Made by a program: the position numbers and the translations under genes
Assembly (NCBI GenBank): GCA_016873895.1
Contig: VGVV01000002.1
Location: 100,188 to 164,187, forward strand
Direction: 5' to 3'
DNA length: 64,000 bases
From: Ignavibacteria bacterium
GTDB taxonomy: Bacteria > Bacteroidota > Ignavibacteria > Kapaibacteriales > Kapaibacteriaceae
The notes under the pieces: model-generated
What the model saw: only the letters and a program-made list of their open reading frames with translations
Database searches by the model: none
What the model was told of the DNA's origin: nothing
Part shown: positions 57,414-64,000 of the stretch, piece by piece
How positions within the stretch are numbered: position 1 is the first letter of the stretch
Layout: each line of letters opens with the position of its first letter

Positions 57414-58274
57414 ATGTTTCGTTCGGTCCGCATCATCACATCGTCTCTTCTCACGGGTGTAGGCCCTTTGCGGGTTGCTCAGCCAATGCCTGTGCATGCA
57501 CTGCGTAATCTGGATCCATTTATCCTGTTGCATCATGCTGGACCACAACGATTCGATGCAAGTGGTGGTGTTCACAGGATTGATCCCCACCCACATCGCG
57601 GATTCGAACCAGTAACGTTTGTCTACCGAGGGAGTGTTCACCACAAGGACTCCCTCGGTAACAGCGGTATAATCCATGGCGGAGAAGTACAGTGGATTAC
57701 AGGCGGATCCGGTATCATTCATAGCGAAGGTCCAACCGAGGAGCTGCAACAATCAGGTGGAGAAATCGAACTTATTCAGCTGTGGGTTAATCTGCCTGCA
57801 AGCGATAAGATGTGTGTTCCTTCATATCAGGAGCTGCACAACTCTACGATTCCTGTAGTGCGTATCAATGATAATCAACTCACCTTGCGCGTGATATCCG
57901 GTGAGGTTATGTCGCACAAAGGCCCTGCCAAGACGCGTTCTTCCGTTACAACGGCTATGGGTTCGTTTACTTCAGAACTTGATGCAGAATTAGTCCTACC
58001 TGGTAACGAAACACTTGCCCTGTATGTGCTAAACGGCGCTCTCATTGTAAATGGAGAGCACAGGGTAGAGCGGCATCAACTTGTGGTGTTTAACAATGAT
58101 GGGACTAGAATACATCTAGCTTCTGAATCATCCGGCGATCTCTTGTTGTTGGGCGGAGAGCCCCTTCGCGAACCAATAGCGCAGTATGGTCCCTTTGTTA
58201 TGAACACCGATGACGAAATTCAGCAAGCTCTGGTTGATTACAGAGATGGAAAAATGGGAACGCTTGAGGACTAG
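57414..58274 (+). CDS. Pirin-family protein
   Basis: HPHRGFEPVTFVYRGSVHHKDSLGN...GGSGIIHSE cupin motifs. Starts 3 nt after the yceI pseudogene. Confidence 0.85.
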   Translation: MFRSVRIITSSLLTGVGPLRVAQPMPVHALRNLDPFILLHHAGPQRFDASGGVHRIDPHPHRGFEPVTFVYRGSVHHKDSLGNSGIIHGGEVQWITGGSGIIHSEGPTEELQQSGGEIELIQLWVNLPASDKMCVPSYQELHNSTIPVVRINDNQLTLRVISGEVMSHKGPAKTRSSVTTAMGSFTSELDAELVLPGNETLALYVLNGALIVNGEHRVERHQLVVFNNDGTRIHLASESSGDLLLLGGEPLREPIAQYGPFVMNTDDEIQQALVDYRDGKMGTLED

Positions 58275-61200
58275 CGTTTGATAAGCGGTTGATAAACCGT
58301 TCTGAACTTATCGCCGACACAAACAAAGTACAATCCAGATGGCACCGAGGACAGATCAATAGAGTTGCTGCCCTGCGCTACAGCGGTCTGCACAACATTG
58401 CCTATCCCATCAACCACGACCACCGTGTAACCATTCTTGAACATGTCTTTGCTGACATCTACTATTGCAACATCATCTGTTGGGTTCGGATAAACAACAA
58501 TCGGACGCGTCTGTCCAATACGCACAAGGCGTATAACACGACCCGTGCAAACATCACCGAGAAGAACCTCGCCGTCGCGGTAGACAACGTCGCACTGCTG
58601 ATTGATCCATGCAAATCCCGGCTGACGGTCGAACGTTAATGGTGTTGATGACGAAGTTGAGAGTAATGTTTGCATTGGAAGAATAGCGAGAGTATCACCA
58701 CCAAGCCACTCACCAGTGATGCTTATCGTCGTTAGCGAGTCGTGGCTGTCGCATTCCCATGCAGCGTAGCTGTTGGATCCTGTCTGCACTGCTAGATCTG
58801 ACGATTGAACATGTATCTGTACTGCGAACGAATCGAGTAATGATGAATCAATTGCCGGACGCCCATCCAGTAGCACCGGTACAAGCACCGTGGCACCAAT
58901 CTCTGATTCTATGCGAGGCATATAGAGCGTATTGGTTGCATATGCCTCGGACACCAACAAAACAACTTCGCGCTGTTTGCATGGGTTACTCGTGATGATT
59001 GCATACGAATCGATACTCATCCCGTACTGCTGGGTTAGCTGAATGTCGCAGGACAAGGTATCGCCCGGACCGAGTGAGCACGGAATTGTTGGTTCGGATG
59101 AAATGAGCACAAATGGTTTTGGTGAAAGGGGCTCCACAGTAAGCACATCGATTGGAATGTCCCCTCTATTCACGAAATAGGCAGTCCGTAGTTCCTTTCG
59201 GCCTATGATCGGTTCGGTGTAGCGAAGAGTATCTACGTGGGCAATACCAGCATCAATTGCCTTACCAACGAGAGTTAGGCGAATAGTAGTGTCGCACGGA
59301 GATAGTGTGATGCTGACCGTATATGCAAACTTGCCAAGAACTGTTGGGCTAATGCCTACACGAACGACTCTTGTTGCTCGCACCGAATCACCATTTTGCA
59401 GATCGAGAGAAACTTCAGCAGGCGCTGACACATCACTTACGAACCAGGTAGTTGAGTCAAGCGATGTGATCGGAACGTCTACAGTAATTGGTTGATTCTG
59501 GCAAAGCAACACATCAGGAACTTGCACCGTATCTGGTAGCTGTACGCGCGGCATGAATACCGGACCATCAATGTCTACCCACAACGTATCGTAGCAGCCT
59601 TCAAATTGGAGAACTAGTCCAACTCTGCCTTTAGATTTGCCCGGACTCGGCGACCATTGCAGGTTAATTGGGAAAACTGTTCCGTCTTGAACCGCAATTG
59701 GTAAGGCGGTTGTAGATGTGGCACTGCCGCTCGTGATAATATTCGTTAGTATACCGTCGCTCCCGCGCAGTACACACAGCACAGTTGTATCGCGCACCTC
59801 ACCCTTGCATGAGTAGAGAAGTGGCATGGTTATCGTCGAGGGAAACAGCGAATTGAGTCTGTTCTGTCTGTTCCAAACAATGGTAGATGTTATCGTCGAG
59901 TCACAAGGCGAGAGCGTTGTTGCAACAGTTACAAAATTCGGTCCGCTTGCTGCTCCTGTGGATACTCTTACGCGTATGCGGACCGAATCATTCTGGAGTA
60001 ATCTGGTCGGTAATGTGTCGAGCAACTGAACATTGGCAGAGGTAAAAGTAACTTTCGAAACGAATCCTGATACCGAACCTGCATTCACAACTGTGAAAGA
60101 AGTGTCGATGACCTTGTCGCAGAACACGTCTCCAAGGTCGAGCGGGCGTGCAAGCCCCTTCCATTGATCCAGAACGGTAACAGTTGCTGTATCGAGTGCA
60201 GAGCATCCAGTGGGGTCTGAGATTGCAACCACATATGATGTGGTTCGTGTGGGTTTAACATCGAGAACACTCGACCTGCTGAGAACCTTGCCGCCAAGTT
60301 CACTCCATTCAATACCTGCTACGGAACCTATGGTACGCAGTCTAAGTGTTGCTGATTGTCCGGGACAGATTGTTGTGTCCTGGAGAATTGTAACCTTGAG
60401 TATCGGTTTGGGTGTTGAATTCTCAGGAATAACTGCGCGAAAGGCTATCGATCCAGGCTCTCCAGGCTTAGCAAGGTGAGCCGCTACAACCGCATCTGTA
60501 AAGGCTGTGCAGCGCCCGGAAATGCCACCTTCAGCGGTAAACGTAACGCCCGAGGGCAGTGCAGTTCCTGATAACAATACACCACCACCACCGCCACCGC
60601 CACCAGGGCCATGAAGACCGCCAGAAGACATGTCTCCACCCTTGCCACCGTTTACGTTGATATTCAGGGGGCCTACCAGAAGTGCACTCGAAATCAAGAC
60701 ACATCCGCCGGCACCTGCTCCACCTGCGCCGTCGTTACCAGATGTCTGCGCATTGCCTCCAAGAGACTGGATTACGTTCTGGTTGCCGTAGATCGTATCA
60801 GCTTTGATGATGATAATACCGCCGCCATTGCCACCGGGAGTTCCGGTGTTGTTGTTCGTATGGCCAGCACCACCGCCGCCGCCAAAGCGCATGTATGGAA
60901 GCCCATTGAACTGAATTGCCAGGCTGGCACCACCGCGACCGCCGTTGTCGAAGGGGGCACCACACCCTTGCCATTGACTTCCGCCGTTGCCTCCACGTCC
61001 GCCATTACCACCACCACCACCGCCAGAGTTGTGCCCTACGCCACCGCCACCTGCGCTTAATAACTCTGCATTACCCGCAACATTGTCTACCCGAGGATAG
61101 ACAAACGTACCACCCTTCATCGCGGCATCAGGACTAGCGATGGTTGTATTGGCAATTGTTGTGGAGCATTGTCCGTTATTGCTGTTGCGGATGGCTCCGC

Positions 61201-61735
61201 CTTGATAGCCAATCGACGAGGCGTCGATCGTGTTGCGCAGGTTCAACACCCCGCGCACTTCCAGTGCAATGATTCCACCACCCTTACCATCCCATGGTTT
61301 ACCCCGAAGAGGTGTAGTTACGGTAGTAGCGCCAATGTATGATGGGACGCGAACGAGCTGTACGAAGTTGCACCTCTGATAGCTGTGCACAAGTGTTCGC
61401 TTAAGCTCAATAATCTTGTTCGGACGGATTCGTTCAATTGTTGCGAACTCGAAGAGGCCAACTGCGTCTACTGTATAATCTGAAGCGCCTGTGCATCCCA
61501 TTGTTTGGTGCAGTAAAACGCGGTCGCCGGCACGAAATCCTGTGGTGTCTTCCACTTCCAGCAGAGCAGCACATGCATCCGTAGTAATCTGCAACACGGG
61601 CGTGTATATGTTGATGATGCCGCCAATGTTTGATTGAGCACGGGTAAGATCAGGGCAAAGCGCGGACGCGATGATGAAGAGCATCGCACATGCAAGTTGT
61701 TGTCCGTGTGCCTTGAATGTATCCATGTTTACCAC
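58271..61735 (-). CDS. Giant secreted glycine-rich repeat protein with Ig-like domains and a T9SS type-A C-terminal sorting domain
   Basis: Signal peptide. About 250-aa region of GGGxG/GGNGG repeats (GGGGGNGGRGGNGG..., GPGGGGGGGG). C-terminal ...VDGIGNVVQTAVAQGSNSIDLSSVPSGLYFVCVGDKFRTVYQPLIKR matches the T9SS CTD pattern. Confidence 0.65.
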   Translation of the reverse strand: MVNMDTFKAHGQQLACAMLFIIASALCPDLTRAQSNIGGIINIYTPVLQITTDACAALLEVEDTTGFRAGDRVLLHQTMGCTGASDYTVDAVGLFEFATIERIRPNKIIELKRTLVHSYQRCNFVQLVRVPSYIGATTVTTPLRGKPWDGKGGGIIALEVRGVLNLRNTIDASSIGYQGGAIRNSNNGQCSTTIANTTIASPDAAMKGGTFVYPRVDNVAGNAELLSAGGGGVGHNSGGGGGGNGGRGGNGGSQWQGCGAPFDNGGRGGASLAIQFNGLPYMRFGGGGGAGHTNNNTGTPGGNGGGIIIIKADTIYGNQNVIQSLGGNAQTSGNDGAGGAGAGGCVLISSALLVGPLNINVNGGKGGDMSSGGLHGPGGGGGGGGVLLSGTALPSGVTFTAEGGISGRCTAFTDAVVAAHLAKPGEPGSIAFRAVIPENSTPKPILKVTILQDTTICPGQSATLRLRTIGSVAGIEWSELGGKVLSRSSVLDVKPTRTTSYVVAISDPTGCSALDTATVTVLDQWKGLARPLDLGDVFCDKVIDTSFTVVNAGSVSGFVSKVTFTSANVQLLDTLPTRLLQNDSVRIRVRVSTGAASGPNFVTVATTLSPCDSTITSTIVWNRQNRLNSLFPSTITMPLLYSCKGEVRDTTVLCVLRGSDGILTNIITSGSATSTTALPIAVQDGTVFPINLQWSPSPGKSKGRVGLVLQFEGCYDTLWVDIDGPVFMPRVQLPDTVQVPDVLLCQNQPITVDVPITSLDSTTWFVSDVSAPAEVSLDLQNGDSVRATRVVRVGISPTVLGKFAYTVSITLSPCDTTIRLTLVGKAIDAGIAHVDTLRYTEPIIGRKELRTAYFVNRGDIPIDVLTVEPLSPKPFVLISSEPTIPCSLGPGDTLSCDIQLTQQYGMSIDSYAIITSNPCKQREVVLLVSEAYATNTLYMPRIESEIGATVLVPVLLDGRPAIDSSLLDSFAVQIHVQSSDLAVQTGSNSYAAWECDSHDSLTTISITGEWLGGDTLAILPMQTLLSTSSSTPLTFDRQPGFAWINQQCDVVYRDGEVLLGDVCTGRVIRLVRIGQTRPIVVYPNPTDDVAIVDVSKDMFKNGYTVVVVDGIGNVVQTAVAQGSNSIDLSSVPSGLYFVCVGDKFRTVYQPLIKR

Positions 61736-61773
61736 AATACGGAATTCAATCGACGTATCCGCCTAGGAAAAAA

Positions 61774-63354
61774 CTATGCTGGAGCCACCGGAGGCTTATC
61801 CAATAGTTCAAGACCCTCGGTACGTTGGATTGTGTAGTCAATTTCCCAGTCGCTCTTAAACAACACGGCCATTCGCCCCTTATCATCAACAACAACTGGT
61901 GCCGAGGTAGCGGGCCGAACATCCGATCCCATCCAGCGTGTGCGGGTAAACGGCAAGCGTTCAAGTTTGATCTTTTCGTTGTACTCATTCTCCATACGCC
62001 ATGCGAAGAGCTCGAGTTGCAATTCACCCACAACACCAACCAATGGTACGGGACTTCCGTCAGATTCGGTGAAGATCTGGATTACGCCTTCTTCGCGTAA
62101 CTGCTCAATGCCCTTACGGAACGACTTCGAAAACGAGCCAGTTGCTGACCAAACTTTTGCGAAGATCTCAGGTGCAAAGCGCGGGAAGTCTGGCAGTTCT
62201 GCCTTGGTGCCTTCGGTGATGGTGTCGCCTACTTGAAACAAGCCCGGATTTGTTAGACCGATTACATCGCCAGGAAAAGCCTCGTCGATAATCTTGCGAT
62301 CACGTCCGAAGATTTCGAATGGGTAGGTAAGCTTTGTCTCTTTGCCCGTCCGTGGGTGATATGCCGTCATGCCACGTTCAAACGTACCACTCACAATGCG
62401 GACGAAGGAAATGCGATCTCTGTGAGCCTTGTTCATGTTGGCCTGTACTTTGTAGACAAAGCCAACGAACTCCTGATCGGAAGGGGCTATAGATCCCGTC
62501 GATGTTTGGTAGGGCTGTGGGGTAGGTGCTAGGTCAAGTAGGAACTGCAGGAAATGCTCAATCCCAAAGTTTGTAATTGCAGAACCCCAGTATACCGGTG
62601 TGCACTCCTCCTTCAGGTATGCATCACGATTAAAGTCTGGAATAACGTGGTCTACAAACTCAAGATCTTCGAGAAGTTTGTTGTGCGAGAGTTCGCCAAT
62701 TGCAGCACGGAGTTCGGCACCTCGAATGTCGCCGGTGGATACAGGGGCCTTGTAGCGGTTGCCAACTGTGCGCTCAAATTCAAAAAACTGCCCCGTAGCA
62801 CGATCAAAAATTCCACGGAAATCAGGTCCATTGCCAATGGGCCACGTGCGGGGTATCGCTGTGATGCCAAGCGTCTGTTCAACTTCATCGAGTAGTTCAA
62901 GTGGATCACGTGACGGACGATCCATCTTGTTCATGAACGTGATGATTGGAATGCCGCGGTCGCGACACACTTTGAAAAGCTTGAGTGTTTGCTCCTGCAC
63001 ACCACGACCAGCATCCAACAACATGATGGCCGAATCAACCGCCATCAGGGTTCGATACGTGTCTTCTGAGAAATCTTGGTGCCCGGGTGTGTCGAGGATG
63101 TTAAGCAGAAGATCTCCGTACTCAACGCGCATTGCACTAGATGAAACGGAGATCCCGCGTTGTTGTTCGATTTCCATCCAGTCAGACGTTGTCGAGCTGT
63201 GCTTGCCCCCTGTAACTGCTCCAGCTGCATGAATAGCGCCAGAATAGAGGAGAAGCTTTTCGGTCATTGTGGTCTTGCCAGCATCTGGGTGTGAGATGAT
63301 AGCAACCGTCCGACGACGTTGTATTTCGGTTGTCCTGTTGGGCATAGCCAACAA
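61774..63354 (-). CDS. prfC: Peptide chain release factor 3
   Basis: RRTVAIISHPDAGKTT G1 motif, the DTPGHQDF switch, and full-length RF3 similarity. 526 aa. Confidence 0.9.
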   Translation of the reverse strand: MLAMPNRTTEIQRRRTVAIISHPDAGKTTMTEKLLLYSGAIHAAGAVTGGKHSSTTSDWMEIEQQRGISVSSSAMRVEYGDLLLNILDTPGHQDFSEDTYRTLMAVDSAIMLLDAGRGVQEQTLKLFKVCRDRGIPIITFMNKMDRPSRDPLELLDEVEQTLGITAIPRTWPIGNGPDFRGIFDRATGQFFEFERTVGNRYKAPVSTGDIRGAELRAAIGELSHNKLLEDLEFVDHVIPDFNRDAYLKEECTPVYWGSAITNFGIEHFLQFLLDLAPTPQPYQTSTGSIAPSDQEFVGFVYKVQANMNKAHRDRISFVRIVSGTFERGMTAYHPRTGKETKLTYPFEIFGRDRKIIDEAFPGDVIGLTNPGLFQVGDTITEGTKAELPDFPRFAPEIFAKVWSATGSFSKSFRKGIEQLREEGVIQIFTESDGSPVPLVGVVGELQLELFAWRMENEYNEKIKLERLPFTRTRWMGSDVRPATSAPVVVDDKGRMAVLFKSDWEIDYTIQRTEGLELLDKPPVAPA

Positions 63355-63356
63355 AC

Positions 63357-64000
63357 TTACGGCGCAATTGGCGTAGAAACGGTCTCAAGCTTTGTGACGT
63401 TCAGGAGAATACTCGCACCAATGCGCAGTGGAGATGCCGTCCAGCTTGCATCCGAGACAATACTTGTGAACATCGGAGCATAGGAAATCTCCGGCATTAC
63501 ACTCAAGCTCGGTCCAAGCTCGATCAGCGTTCGCAGGCCAATAACTGCACCAAGCTGGAATCCACTGAGAAATGGAATCTCCTGGTCTTTAGCATTCCTG
63601 TTCGTCTCGAAGTCGTATGGAATTGATGCATCAGTAAACTTCTCTACTTGATCATACATCCCGCCAGTAATTGTCCCGAGACGGAGTCCACCACTAAGAT
63701 AGATCCCCCTTGTAAGCAGATAGTTGAGTGTGGGCTCGAGGAACAGGGAAGACACATTGGTGGACAGAGAATGATCTATGGTTGTTTTTACCGCACTGTT
63801 GCCCACGCGGACTGTTGTAGGCTCTACAGCCGAAAACGTAGCACTCGAGGTTTGATACGCAATTCGAGCTCCTAACTCTAGTGCGTCGGAAAGCGGCAGC
63901 ATTAGTTCCGCTCCGATTGCTATGCCGGATCCTGATGTGCCCTCGTAGCCGGGACAACATGAGCTAACAGTGGGCAGCTTAAAGCCAGTCTCAACATCGT
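63357..64000 (-). CDS. Outer-membrane beta-barrel-like hypothetical protein, partial (N-terminus beyond window end)
   Basis: The frame stays open upstream of the listed Met to the window edge (...FKLPTVSSCCPGYEGTSGSGIAIGAELMLPLS...). Alternating beta-strand pattern, C-terminal ...VSTPIAP. Confidence 0.35.
   Translation of the reverse strand, partial: DVETGFKLPTVSSCCPGYEGTSGSGIAIGAELMLPLSDALELGARIAYQTSSATFSAVEPTTVRVGNSAVKTTIDHSLSTNVSSLFLEPTLNYLLTRGIYLSGGLRLGTITGGMYDQVEKFTDASIPYDFETNRNAKDQEIPFLSGFQLGAVIGLRTLIELGPSLSVMPEISYAPMFTSIVSDASWTASPLRIGASILLNVTKLETVSTPIAP

Noticed and set aside
60560-61060. GC-rich trinucleotide-like repeats (ccaccaccgcc..., ggtggtgg...) that look like a tandem-repeat or CRISPR-like region
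   Set aside because: They lie inside a long intact ORF and encode the GGGxG glycine-repeat module of the T9SS cargo protein. There is no repeat-spacer architecture.

Overview
The window is a dense, mostly core-genome stretch (about 52% GC, standard genetic code) from a bacterium that looks like an FCB-group (Bacteroidota-like) organism. That lineage call rests on several proteins with T9SS-type C-terminal sorting domains, DUF4397-like and HmuY-like proteins, a TPP riboswitch in front of a TonB-dependent receptor, and the small 4.5S-type SRP RNA. Housekeeping genes supported by the sequence are folC (partial), rpsA, tRNA-Arg(TCT), hmgA, SRP RNA (ffs), RNase E/G, dxr, rseP, surE, murA, dnaB, rpsP, ffh, glgP, tsaC/sua5, ptsH-ptsI, deoC, prfC, lptF/G, mazG and paaA. 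A surface-polysaccharide biosynthesis locus sits at about 10-20.6 kb (GT4, FkbM methyltransferase, AEC transporter, atypical LytTR regulator, AsnB-like amidotransferase, heparinase II/III-like protein, Wzx flippase, FtsX-like protein). There is a set of T9SS cargo and outer-membrane proteins, a CRTAC1/ASPIC-UnbV - vanadate-type haloperoxidase/PAP2 - HmuY-like trio, and an orphan SET-domain protein and orphan NuoC-like gene downstream of the TPP-riboswitch-controlled TonB-dependent receptor. No CRISPR array, integrase, transposase, toxin-antitoxin pair or recognisable defence island is present, and no space is left between genes for a large hidden system. The most unusual sequence-level signals are three. 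First, a T-free (RCAGCGA)n heptanucleotide microsatellite occurs three times, each time starting immediately after the stop codon of an unrelated gene and in that gene's sense orientation. Second, two disrupted genes: a YceI-family gene with two in-frame nonsense codons, and a fatty-acid hydroxylase split by a +/-1 frameshift at a T5 run. Third, paired CRP/FNR-like palindromes (TGTGT-N6-ACACA and TGTGTTGCAACACA) sit upstream of the yceI-pirin pair.
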